This document shows, piece after piece, positions 17,440-27,788 of a DNA stretch of 64,000 bases (within the stretch, counting starts at the first letter, position 1; every line of letters begins with the position of its first letter). The notes beneath the pieces were generated by a model that was not told where the DNA came from, did no database searches, and worked only from the letters and a program-made list of their open reading frames with translations. This stretch comes from a virus. The stretch lies in the IMG/VR virus record IMGVR_UViG_3300044724_004793, positions 1 to 64,000 of that record; one strand, 5' to 3'. The translations under genes were made by a program, and so were the position numbers.

Positions 17440-20400
17440 ATGGCTATAAGTCGTATAGGTGGTAACGCCTTAAGAGCGAATCTAGAACGAGATAGTGATC
17501 TCACATTTAACACCGATACACTCGTAGTTGATTACTCCAATGGTCGTATTGGCATTGGAACCGCAAGTCCTTCAAGCACATTAAATGTCATAGGTGATAC
17601 TGCTATTTCCAGCGGTACGCTTACTCTCGATCAAATTACAATTGCTGGCAACAAAATTGAAAGTTCTGTAAGTAACGCAGACCTTACACTGGATGCAAAC
17701 GGCACAGGTGTTGTTGATATTATTGCAAACACTACTATTGATGGTAGTATTACACTACAAAGTGGTGTAGCAGCAAGCAGTATACTAGACGAAGATGATC
17801 TAAACAGTGATAGTGCAACTGCACTATCCACGCAACAAAGTATTAAAGCATATGTAGACGCACAGGTTGCCGGCAGCGGTATTAGCACTGGTATGCAAAT
17901 TACACTAGGCACTCCTACCGATAGCAGTCTAACTACAGATGGTGCTTTTCAAGGATTCCTTACAACCACCAAAGTAACTGATGCTATTGATGATTTAAAT
18001 GAAGTTACAGAGAATATCAGAAACGACACATTTGTTAAAAGTGTATCTTTTGTATCAGATGTTACTGCAGGCGGTAGTGGATTTTTAGCAACACTTACTA
18101 TCACCGCAGTAGGAAATGCAAACCAGTTTGTTATTGACTGGGGCGATGGCTCTAGTAATGACACAACTTCAAGTACAACTCCAACTCACACATATACAAA
18201 CTTTGCAGACAGTCCGCACAGCATTACAGTTACAGCAAGTAATACAAGTGGCAGTGGCGCAGGTAGTAGTGCTAGTTTTACAAGAACAGATTATATCGCA
18301 GTATACACTCCAAATCCTACTGTAGCGTTTGAAGCATATGCAGCAAGTTCAGGCGGCAGTGCTATTACAAGTTGGGATGATGGGGCAACAATTTACTTCC
18401 AGAATAACAGTACAAATACTGATATTGCCGGCGCAACAATACAATGGACCTGGGATTGGGGCGATACTCAAAGCGATGATGTAATTGGCAATGACACAGA
18501 TGCAGGTAGTCAATCTGGTGCTAGAATAGCACACACTTTTGATACTGCAACAGAAACTGAACAGCAATTTACTGTTAGGCTAACACTTGATACAATGAGT
18601 ACTGCCGATCCTGCAGTCATACCAATAAACACCACAGACACATTTGAAATTTATGACACACATACACCCAGTGTAACATTAGATGATGACAGTGGCGTAA
18701 ATGAAGAATCTACAAGCGGACATGTTGTTGCAATTACAAATACAACAGAAGCAGGTGTGGGTAGCCAGGCAACATATGGCATAACATATCAGTACCAATT
18801 TGGTGACGGTACAAGTAATGTAAACGTAAACGCTGGCAGCGGCTCGGCAGGTGACAGAAACGTTGCACTTAGTCACACCTATGCATTAACTAGCAGTGAC
18901 CAGGCAAACGGCAATGCACAAGACTTTACTGGAAACTTGCGTGTAATTAGTAATCACACAAGCAGCCCATTTATTAGTAGCACATTTACAGTACACGTTG
19001 AGCCAGATGTTAGAGCAAACATTGCTGGTACCGCAGTCACAGTCAACACCGGCAGTGGTGATAATGCATTTACAATTTACGATTTTACTGACTTGGACAG
19101 TGTAAACCGTGCTATAGTGCGTGTAACAAACACAAGTCAAAATGCAGATGACTATGTATATGATTGGGATGATTCAAGCAGCAATGACACTGTCACAGAA
19201 GATGGCAGTTCGCCTGGTAGTATCGGTGCAACACTTGACCATGATTATGCAGGAGAAGGCACAGCAAACTATAACTTGAGCTTTACTGCAAATGGCACAC
19301 CTGATCTCACTGCGCAAACAGATGTAGACACAGGTATTACATTTAATTTAAAAGCAACACCTGCAGCACCGGCAAGTTTGAGTGCTAAGAGTATTACACT
19401 AAGCGATAGTGCGCAGGGCACACTGCCAAGACTAGCACATGGTTTTACAGACAATACTAGCAGTGCAACTACCTTAAGCGTTGCAGCTGACTTAAACACA
19501 ACAACTGCAAGACGCTATACCAGCGGCACAATTGATACAAGTACAGCAAGCAATTTTTATAACGGTGCAACAGGAACACTCGCTGCAGAAATTAATGCAA
19601 GTGATGATGGCACAAAAGCATTTACTGCAAGTGAAGGTGAGACAGGAACGTTTACTAGTCTTGTTGTAAGTAGCAATGTTGACTATGATCAAGTAGTAAG
19701 CAGTTACCCTCAGAGATTGTACCTAGTAGCAAGTGCTAAAATTACAAAAGCACTTAGTGGATATAGCACAGGTCTTAGTGCGCAACGTCTAACACATACT
19801 ACCACAGGCAACACAAACTATGTTCATTTGCTTAAAGATGATTTGACTGCAACACCAACATTCGGAACGGTGGGGTCATTAAGTGCAGGCACCAATGGAA
19901 CATTTAGGTATGTTAGTGGTATACCTTACTATAACACAGGTAGTCCAACTGTAAACATTACAGGAATGACCATTAATGATCTTGTTGGACAAGCATACAC
20001 AAACCAAACAAATATTGTTGAAGTAGACAGCGGCACAAATGCTGAAGGCACAAGCAGTGCAGCAAGTAATGCAAACGACTACAGTTACAGTGACATTGAT
20101 GGTGCAACAACTATGCTAGATAGTGGTACGCCAAAAGTAAACACTGGCACAAGCAGTGCTTATGCTATTGGGGATTTGAGTGTTCCTATTACAAGTAGCA
20201 GTGTACGCACAGTTGAAACTATCAAAGCAAGAGCAAGAAATGTAAACGGTATTAGTTCATACAGTGAACTGTCAACTAAGTTGCAAGTACACACTGCGGC
20301 GCAAAGCGGCATCAGTGAGATTGCTATTGCAGTAAGTGATAGTTTAGGCGCAGGCTTTGATGATGATGCTGTGCGTGTATTTGACTTTAGCGCAGCAACA

Positions 20401-20979
20401 ACAGATACACCAAGTTACAACAGTGCAACAAACTTTTACACAAACAGCCCATACACTGAAAGTGCAGATCCAGGCGTTAGCGGTACAAAAGAAGCAACCA
20501 TCAGATTGGGCGTGCTTAAACATGATGTAACAGATTACAGTAGTGGTTTCTTGCCTGCAGGTCCAGATCGTAGCGGTGACACAGGCACACAATATTTTAC
20601 ATTTGCTTGGAGAAGAACAACTACTGCAAACTTTGATATTAATATTACAAGTTCAAGTGGTATTGCAGGATGTTGGTATGCTGCACCTGGTACTACAATG
20701 GATGACAGTAGTGGACTTAACGGATGGATTGAAGCAACCACACAGTATAACGGTGTAGGCTTGCCAGGCAGTGATACAGGTAACGGCGGAAATGGATCAA
20801 ACGGTGGTGCATTTACTGGCGCTGACGTTATCCCAACAGGCAGCAGTTTAAGTGGTGGATATACAATGACACTGGGTACTGCAAACCTCAGTAATGCAAC
20901 AGGAAACGTTTGCTTGGTGCGTATTGCACTAACAAGTGGACAAAGCATAACTGCTCTTAGTATAGGAGTTGCTGCGTAA
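17440..20979 (+). CDS. Large PKD/Ig-like repeat virion protein (1179 aa)
   Basis: Four PKD-type signatures (IDWGDG, WDWGD, YQFGDG, YDWDDS), each followed by HxY/HTF; T/S/G-rich. Confidence 0.75.
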   Translation: MAISRIGGNALRANLERDSDLTFNTDTLVVDYSNGRIGIGTASPSSTLNVIGDTAISSGTLTLDQITIAGNKIESSVSNADLTLDANGTGVVDIIANTTIDGSITLQSGVAASSILDEDDLNSDSATALSTQQSIKAYVDAQVAGSGISTGMQITLGTPTDSSLTTDGAFQGFLTTTKVTDAIDDLNEVTENIRNDTFVKSVSFVSDVTAGGSGFLATLTITAVGNANQFVIDWGDGSSNDTTSSTTPTHTYTNFADSPHSITVTASNTSGSGAGSSASFTRTDYIAVYTPNPTVAFEAYAASSGGSAITSWDDGATIYFQNNSTNTDIAGATIQWTWDWGDTQSDDVIGNDTDAGSQSGARIAHTFDTATETEQQFTVRLTLDTMSTADPAVIPINTTDTFEIYDTHTPSVTLDDDSGVNEESTSGHVVAITNTTEAGVGSQATYGITYQYQFGDGTSNVNVNAGSGSAGDRNVALSHTYALTSSDQANGNAQDFTGNLRVISNHTSSPFISSTFTVHVEPDVRANIAGTAVTVNTGSGDNAFTIYDFTDLDSVNRAIVRVTNTSQNADDYVYDWDDSSSNDTVTEDGSSPGSIGATLDHDYAGEGTANYNLSFTANGTPDLTAQTDVDTGITFNLKATPAAPASLSAKSITLSDSAQGTLPRLAHGFTDNTSSATTLSVAADLNTTTARRYTSGTIDTSTASNFYNGATGTLAAEINASDDGTKAFTASEGETGTFTSLVVSSNVDYDQVVSSYPQRLYLVASAKITKALSGYSTGLSAQRLTHTTTGNTNYVHLLKDDLTATPTFGTVGSLSAGTNGTFRYVSGIPYYNTGSPTVNITGMTINDLVGQAYTNQTNIVEVDSGTNAEGTSSAASNANDYSYSDIDGATTMLDSGTPKVNTGTSSAYAIGDLSVPITSSSVRTVETIKARARNVNGISSYSELSTKLQVHTAAQSGISEIAIAVSDSLGAGFDDDAVRVFDFSAATTDTPSYNSATNFYTNSPYTESADPGVSGTKEATIRLGVLKHDVTDYSSGFLPAGPDRSGDTGTQYFTFAWRRTTTANFDINITSSSGIAGCWYAAPGTTMDDSSGLNGWIEATTQYNGVGLPGSDTGNGGNGSNGGAFTGADVIPTGSSLSGGYTMTLGTANLSNATGNVCLVRIALTSGQSITALSIGVAA

Positions 20980-22247
20980 TGGCTATTACTGACAACCAAA
21001 AAATTGACTATCTCTTTAAGAAAATTGGTTATGGTGCAACTAAAACTGACACCAACGCTAACAAACTTGCTCCTAACGAAGCGATTCCAAGTCCGCTACT
21101 CATACGCGGTGACAGAGTTTGGCAACAATCAGATCAAATTCCAGCAGTAAGACCTAGTAGTACAAGCAGCATTGTGCAAGTTTATACTGGTGCTAATGTT
21201 GTAGAAACAACAGAAGATAATACTGCTACTACAAGTAGAACCTGGAAAACAGGACTAACCGGTTGGATCCCTCCTCAATTTGGTAGTACATATATTGTTA
21301 GTATATACATCCACACCAGTGGTGATGCAGCAGGCGCTGCTGTAATTGGTAACAAAGTATTTGTTACAGGCAGTGGCAACGATGATGAATGGTTCTTTGA
21401 CTATGAATCAGGTGTACTTAACTTCATCGGTACAAACTTGCCAAATGGTAAAAGTTTTAGTGGGAACAGTGTATATGTAGAAGGCGCCCGATATATTGGA
21501 GATTATGGAGTAGGTGGTGACACAGGTGCATTTACTTTTACTGATAACCGTATACAAACAACGAATACCAACGAAGAAATTATTATTGAGCCTGCAGGCA
21601 CAGGATACGTTGCTATAGATGCCACTAGTGGCTTAATTGTTCCGGTTGGCACAACTGGACAACGACCCACTGGCCAAGCTGGAATGCTACGGTTTAATAG
21701 TGGTTCAAATGTGGTTGAGGTGTATAACGGGTCAGCTTGGACAAATGTTGGAGCGGGCGGCAGTAGTATTGTATTAGATGAATTTGCAGGAGATGATAGT
21801 GATACAACGTTTAGCCTAACATCAACCGCATCTGTAGCATCATTGATCGTAAGTGTTAACGGTGTTGTTCAGGAAACAGACACTTATTCAGTTAGCGGCA
21901 CAACACTAACGTTTAGTGAAGCGCCTGCTACGGGAGACTCTATACAAACTAGAAACTTCTTTAGTGGCGCCACAGTTGATGTTGCAAAACTACAGGATGC
22001 TGATCTTGATACTAAAATACAGCTAGAAGAAGGCACTGACGATGATACCATACGTTTTGATGCTGCTGGCACACAAGTAGCAACTATGACTAGTACTAAA
22101 ACAGCATTTAGTACGGCTGTACAATTAGCAAGTATGACCACTACACAACGGAATGCCCTATCAGCAGCTAACGGTATGCTTATATACAACACAACAGATA
22201 ACAAATTTCAAGGTTACGAAAACGGCAGCTGGGCCAACCTAATCTGA
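20979..22247 (+). CDS. Virion structural/fibre-associated protein
   Basis: WFFDYESGVLNF; PVGTTGQRP, LRFN and MTTTQRNAL...MLIYNTTD..FQGY fibre modules. Confidence 0.7.
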   Translation: MAITDNQKIDYLFKKIGYGATKTDTNANKLAPNEAIPSPLLIRGDRVWQQSDQIPAVRPSSTSSIVQVYTGANVVETTEDNTATTSRTWKTGLTGWIPPQFGSTYIVSIYIHTSGDAAGAAVIGNKVFVTGSGNDDEWFFDYESGVLNFIGTNLPNGKSFSGNSVYVEGARYIGDYGVGGDTGAFTFTDNRIQTTNTNEEIIIEPAGTGYVAIDATSGLIVPVGTTGQRPTGQAGMLRFNSGSNVVEVYNGSAWTNVGAGGSSIVLDEFAGDDSDTTFSLTSTASVASLIVSVNGVVQETDTYSVSGTTLTFSEAPATGDSIQTRNFFSGATVDVAKLQDADLDTKIQLEEGTDDDTIRFDAAGTQVATMTSTKTAFSTAVQLASMTTTQRNALSAANGMLIYNTTDNKFQGYENGSWANLI

Positions 22248-22410
22248 TAAATAAACGTGTAGTTAACTACTACAACAAATCCCCCCAACCCTTTATAAAA
22301 CGTAGAAATTAAACTAAACTTCTTGCGTACTATTTCTATGAGTGCATTATAAAATGCTAGGATAGCATAAATATCTCTAAGATATGACGTATCTGGAGGA
22401 ATTCTAAACT

Positions 22411-25400
22411 ATGGCATTAACACGAATTAAAACTAACCAATTAACTGACAGTGCAGTTACCGAAGCAAAAATTGCTAACCTAGCTGTTTCTGGAGGAAAG
22501 TTAGCTAATAACTTAACTTATGGTAGTGATTTAACAGTTAGTGGCAATCTAACAGTTAGCGGCACAACTGTTGCTGTTGCAACAACAAATACAAGGGTTG
22601 ATGACGCACTTATTACTCTTGCTCAAGGCACAACTGGCTCACCAACTGAGGATTCAGGACTACTTATTGATAGAGGTGATTCAAATAACGTTGCATTTGT
22701 GTGGGACGAAAGCGCAGATGAATTTATTGTTGCTGATGTGGGGGCAGAAGACGGCGATACTGCTGGAAACCTTGCAATTAGTGCATACGCAGGCTTTCAC
22801 GCTAACGCAATAGTATATGCTTCACTTAATGATGGTACAACAACATTAACAAGTACGGCGGCTGAACTTAACCTACTTGACACATCAGTAGCTGGTACGA
22901 TTGTTAACAGCAAGGCCGTAATTTATGGTGGCAGTGGTGAAGTTAATGCTACTACACTACAAATTGGTGGCTCAAGCATTACAGCAACAGCAGCTGAACT
23001 CAACATTATGGATGGTGACACAAGTGTAGGCACTGATGCTTTTGCTAGTGGCGACGGTCTTGTAACTAATGATGGTGGCACTATGAAACAAACCAGTGTT
23101 GCTACACTAGATACATTTTTATCAGCAAGTACAAAGACACTTACAAACAAGACAATCAATAGTGATAGCAATACACTAACACTTGATCTCAGTGAAGGCA
23201 CACTAACAGGTACAACAGCAGAATTTAACTCCGCATTAAGTGATGATAGTTTTGCAACTCTAACAAACACTGTTACATTAACTAATAAGACACTTACCAC
23301 ACCAACAATAGACGCAGGTATGGACATCAAGAATGGTGCTACCAGCGCAGGTTTTGTTAAGTTTTTTGAGGACAGTGACAATGGTTCAAATGCAGTAACA
23401 CTTATTGGTCCTGCAAGTACAGCAGATGTAACACTTACATTGCCTGCTGCTACAGATACATTAGTTGGTAAAGCAACAACAGATACACTTACAAACAAGA
23501 CAATCAATAGTGATAGCAATACACTAACACTTGATCTTAGCGAGGGTACACTAACAGGTACTACAGCAGAGTTTAATACTGCTCTAAGTGATGATAGTTT
23601 TGCAACTCTAACAAACACTGTTACTCTAACTAACAAGACACTAACAGCACCAAAAATTGCAGACGGCGGCTTTATTGCTGATGCTAACGGTAACGAACTT
23701 ATTATCTTTACAACAACAGCAAGTGCAGTTAATGAAATTACTTATGCAAACGCAGCAGCAAGCGGTCATCCAACTATTACCACAACAGGTAGTGATACAA
23801 ATATTAACCTAGTACTAAGTCCAAAAGGTTCAGGTACTATTAATGTTGATACAAGTAAGATTGTTAATGTTACAGACCCAACAAGTGCACAGGATGCAGC
23901 AACAAAAGCATATGTTGACTCACAAACATCAGGTACCAATACTACTATTACTGATGGAAGTGCAAGTGATACATTTATCCTCGGTGATACAATTACATTT
24001 ACTGCTACAGCAAATGAAACAACAGCCGCAGTCACAACAGGCGGCAGTGGCCCAATCGTTACTATTGGTTTACCAGACGATGTTACCATCGGTGGTGTAC
24101 TTACAGTTACAGGCAACTTGGTTGTTAATGGTACAACTACTACACTAAGTTCAACAAACACAGTAGTTGAAGATACACTTATTGAACTTAACACTGGGGC
24201 AGGTTCGAACGCAAATGATATGGGTATTATTATGGAACGTGGTTCCACTGGTGATAACGCATTGTTTATTTGGGACGAATCAGCTGATAAGTTCGCTTTT
24301 GGTACAACTACAGCCGTAGCAAGTGCAACTGGTGATATCACATATACAGATGCTGGTATTACAGTAAGCACAATTAGTACAAGCGGTACAGCAACACTAA
24401 ACGATGCAACAGTAGGCGGTGGATACGGCTCAACTGGTGTAACAATTAGTGCAGCAGGTGCTATCCAAGCTAATGGAGCACTAACAGTTGATGGTACTTC
24501 AACACTTGGTGTTATTAACGCAAGTGGACTTGCCTCACTAGATGGTGGTATTGATGTAGACGGAGCATTTACCGTAGCAGACACATCAGGTAACGTAGCA
24601 ACCACTGGTACACTAAGTTCAGGTGCAGCTACATTGTCAAGTGCACAAGTTAGTGACCTAACCGATAACAGAATCGTTATTGCAGGTGCTAGCGGTGAGC
24701 TAGAAGACGATGCTAACCTAACATTTGACGGTACTACTTTTGAAGTGGGTGGCGGTTATGGCTCAACTGGTCTTGACATTGCTATGGATGGTAATGTTAG
24801 CACCAATGGTACATTAACAGTTGACGGCACTTCAACACTTGGTGTAGTTAATGTTTCAGGACTTGCCTCACTAGATGGTGGTATTGATGTAGACGGAGCA
24901 TTTACTGTTGCAGACACAAGCGGTAACGTTGCTACAACTGGTACACTAAGTTCAGGAGCAGCAACTCTTTCAAGCGCACAAGTTAGTGACCTAACTGATA
25001 ACAGAATCGTTATTGCAGGCGCAAGTGGCGAACTCGAAGATGACGCAAACCTAACATTCGATGGTACAACCTTTGAAGTTGGTGGTGGTTATGGTGCTAC
25101 TGGTCTTGATATCGCAATGGACGGTAACGTAAGTACAAACGGTACATTAACAGTTGATGGTACTTCAACACTTGGTGTTGTGAACGTTAGTGGGCTAGCA
25201 AGTCTAGACGGTGGCATTGATGTTGATGGCGCATTTACTGTTGCTGATACCTCAGGTAACGTTGCTACAACTGGTACATTGAGTTCAGGTGCAGCTACAT
25301 TGTCAAGTGCAGCAATAAGCGATCTTACAAGTGGTCGTGTAGTACTAGCAGGAACTAGCGGTGAACTAGAAGATAGCGGTAACTTAACATTCAATGGTTC

Positions 25401-27756
25401 AACACTAGCTGTTACAGGTACTATTACAGCATCAAGCAACGTTGACATTGCAGACGCTGGCTCACTTAGAGTTGGTACAGGCAATGACTTTACTATCAAC
25501 CACGATGGTACAAACACAACTATTACAAACGGTACAGGCATCCTTGCCATAGACGGCACAGCAACTAGTTCAATTCGTGTAAACGAAGCAGGCGCAAACG
25601 TTGACTTTATTGTTGAAGGTGATACAAATACTTCACTATTAACAATTGACGCTAGTCAGGATAACATTGGTATTGGTGGAGCACCAAATGCCAACGCTAT
25701 TCTACACATCAATGATACAGGTGCAATGATTATAGCATCAGGTACCACAGCACAACGTCCTGTTACAGGAGTAACCGGTATGTTCCGTTATAACTCAACA
25801 GTAGGCGGTCTAGAATTTTATGATTCCGATAGCTGGGAAAGTGTATCCAGTGCATTTACAATTGCTACTACAGAACAGTTTAGTGGTAATGGTAGTGATA
25901 CTGCATTTACACTTGCTGCAACAGCAGGCGGTGAAGATTATTCAGCAGCCGGTATCCTGGTGTTTATTAACGGTGTTTCACAGGATACTAGTGCATATGC
26001 ACTAAGTGGGACTGGCAACAGAACAATGACACTTGACGAAGCACCACTAAGTGGTGACACAATTGAGGTTCGTAAGTTTACAACTAGTACTACGGTAACT
26101 ACTATAGCAGATACTGATGGCGATACACAGATCCAAGTTGAAGAGTCAGCAGATGAAGACATCATACGCTTTGATGTTGGTGGTAGTGAAAAAATGACAC
26201 TTAATGCTACACAACTTAGTGTAACAGGAAACATTGTTGCTACTGGTGATATTACTGCAAATGGTGACATTACATTAGGTGATGCTAATACAGATACTAT
26301 TACATTAGGTGCTGAAATTGGTTCGGATATTATTCCAGATACAGACGGTAGCAGAGACTTAGGTAGTGCTACTAATCGCTGGGCAGAGGCACATATTGAC
26401 GATGTTTTACTTGGACCACAAGGTGACATAAGATTTTATGATAGTGACGCTAGTAATTTTGTTGCATTCCAGAGTGCTGGTACTGTGGCAAGTGACATTA
26501 CTTGGACACTACCAAGTGCAGATGCGGCAGTAAGTGGATATGCACTAGTTAGTAATGCCGCAGGCACACTAAGTTGGGCAGCAGCAGGTGCAACAACTAC
26601 AAGTGACACCACTACAAACGCTGAAGAACAACTTTACTTTGGTGATATTACAAGTGGTGCAGTAACAGCAGTACATCATGATGCAGACTTAACTTATAAT
26701 CCAAGTACTGGTACACTAACAAGTGCAGCTTTTGCTGGTGATGTAACTGGTGATGTTACTGGAAATGCTGATACTGCAACTGCATTAGAAACTGCAAGAA
26801 ACATAGGTGGTGTTAGTTTTGATGGAAGTGCAAGTATTAACTTACCAGGTGTCAATACTGGTGGTAACCAAAACACCACTGGTAGTGCTGCAACATTAAC
26901 AACTGCTAGAGCAATCCAAGTAAGTGGTGCTGTAACTGGTACTGCTAACTTTGATGGCAGTGCAGCAATTAACATTGTTACAACCAACACAGCAGATCCA
27001 ACTATTACACTATCAGGTGCAGTAACTGGATCAGGTACATTAACTAACCTAGGCGATGTTACTATTGCAACAACTGCTACTGCAGATCCAACACTAACAT
27101 TAGCTGGTGATTTATCAGGAAGTGCAACATTTACTAACCTTGGTAATGCTACACTAACAGCAACTATTGCAGCTAACTCAGTTGCACTAGGAACTGATAC
27201 AACTGGTAACTATGTTGGAGCAGGTGCTACAAGTGGTAGTGGTATTAGTGGTAGTGTAAGCAGTGAAGGTGGAACATTTACTGTTACATCAAACGCTACA
27301 AGTGCTAACACTGGCAACACTATTGTATTCCGTGATGGTAGCGGTAACTTTAGTGCAGGCGTTATTACTGGTACAAGTACTTCAGCACGTTACGCGGATT
27401 TGGCTGAGATGTATGCTGCAGATGCAGATATTTCAGCTGGTACAGTTGTATGTTTTGCAGGCGAAGGCAAAGTTGCAGAATGTGACGTTGCAGACTGTCG
27501 TTCAGTAGCAGGAATTGTTTCCACAGATCCAGCTCACTTGATGAACAGTACGCAAGAAGGTGTTGCACTTGCACTAGCTGGTCGTGTTCCTTGTAAGGTA
27601 ACAGGCCCTGTAGCAGCAGGTGACTTGATGGTAAGTGCAGGCAACGGTATGGCAATGGCTAATAACGAAGCAGCAATGGGTACAGTAATTGGTAAAGCAA
27701 TCGAAGCTAACGAAGACGGAGAAGGCGTCATTGAAGTACTAGCATTAATGATGTAA
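22411..27756 (+). CDS. Long tail-fibre-like protein (1781 aa) with internal repeats and a C-terminal YADLAE domain
   Basis: TLTNKT repeats, DAATKAYVD, 111-aa repeats, C-terminal YADLAE...GRVPCKV...GDL...IGKA domain. Confidence 0.8.
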   Translation: MALTRIKTNQLTDSAVTEAKIANLAVSGGKLANNLTYGSDLTVSGNLTVSGTTVAVATTNTRVDDALITLAQGTTGSPTEDSGLLIDRGDSNNVAFVWDESADEFIVADVGAEDGDTAGNLAISAYAGFHANAIVYASLNDGTTTLTSTAAELNLLDTSVAGTIVNSKAVIYGGSGEVNATTLQIGGSSITATAAELNIMDGDTSVGTDAFASGDGLVTNDGGTMKQTSVATLDTFLSASTKTLTNKTINSDSNTLTLDLSEGTLTGTTAEFNSALSDDSFATLTNTVTLTNKTLTTPTIDAGMDIKNGATSAGFVKFFEDSDNGSNAVTLIGPASTADVTLTLPAATDTLVGKATTDTLTNKTINSDSNTLTLDLSEGTLTGTTAEFNTALSDDSFATLTNTVTLTNKTLTAPKIADGGFIADANGNELIIFTTTASAVNEITYANAAASGHPTITTTGSDTNINLVLSPKGSGTINVDTSKIVNVTDPTSAQDAATKAYVDSQTSGTNTTITDGSASDTFILGDTITFTATANETTAAVTTGGSGPIVTIGLPDDVTIGGVLTVTGNLVVNGTTTTLSSTNTVVEDTLIELNTGAGSNANDMGIIMERGSTGDNALFIWDESADKFAFGTTTAVASATGDITYTDAGITVSTISTSGTATLNDATVGGGYGSTGVTISAAGAIQANGALTVDGTSTLGVINASGLASLDGGIDVDGAFTVADTSGNVATTGTLSSGAATLSSAQVSDLTDNRIVIAGASGELEDDANLTFDGTTFEVGGGYGSTGLDIAMDGNVSTNGTLTVDGTSTLGVVNVSGLASLDGGIDVDGAFTVADTSGNVATTGTLSSGAATLSSAQVSDLTDNRIVIAGASGELEDDANLTFDGTTFEVGGGYGATGLDIAMDGNVSTNGTLTVDGTSTLGVVNVSGLASLDGGIDVDGAFTVADTSGNVATTGTLSSGAATLSSAAISDLTSGRVVLAGTSGELEDSGNLTFNGSTLAVTGTITASSNVDIADAGSLRVGTGNDFTINHDGTNTTITNGTGILAIDGTATSSIRVNEAGANVDFIVEGDTNTSLLTIDASQDNIGIGGAPNANAILHINDTGAMIIASGTTAQRPVTGVTGMFRYNSTVGGLEFYDSDSWESVSSAFTIATTEQFSGNGSDTAFTLAATAGGEDYSAAGILVFINGVSQDTSAYALSGTGNRTMTLDEAPLSGDTIEVRKFTTSTTVTTIADTDGDTQIQVEESADEDIIRFDVGGSEKMTLNATQLSVTGNIVATGDITANGDITLGDANTDTITLGAEIGSDIIPDTDGSRDLGSATNRWAEAHIDDVLLGPQGDIRFYDSDASNFVAFQSAGTVASDITWTLPSADAAVSGYALVSNAAGTLSWAAAGATTTSDTTTNAEEQLYFGDITSGAVTAVHHDADLTYNPSTGTLTSAAFAGDVTGDVTGNADTATALETARNIGGVSFDGSASINLPGVNTGGNQNTTGSAATLTTARAIQVSGAVTGTANFDGSAAINIVTTNTADPTITLSGAVTGSGTLTNLGDVTIATTATADPTLTLAGDLSGSATFTNLGNATLTATIAANSVALGTDTTGNYVGAGATSGSGISGSVSSEGGTFTVTSNATSANTGNTIVFRDGSGNFSAGVITGTSTSARYADLAEMYAADADISAGTVVCFAGEGKVAECDVADCRSVAGIVSTDPAHLMNSTQEGVALALAGRVPCKVTGPVAAGDLMVSAGNGMAMANNEAAMGTVIGKAIEANEDGEGVIEVLALMM
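23137..23642 (+). repeat. Intragenic duplication, ~158 nt x2 (offset 348 nt)
   Basis: 23137-23294 vs 23485-23642, encoding TLTNKTINSDSNTLTLDLSEGTLTGTTAEFN.ALSDDSFATLTNTVTLTNKTL; first 53 nt identical. Confidence 0.9.
24481..25400 (+). repeat. Tandem 333-nt (111-aa) repeat, ~2.7 copies
   Basis: Units start at 24481, 24814 and 25147 (LTVDGTSTLGV.N.SGLASLDGGIDVDGAFTVADTSG...). Confidence 0.92.
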
Positions 27757-27788
27757 TTTACAAAAACAAGGAATAATAGGATAACAAT

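Noticed and set aside
22248-22410. Small RNA between two TAAATA motifs
   Set aside because: Only short AT-rich palindromes expected by chance; no coherent structure or terminator.
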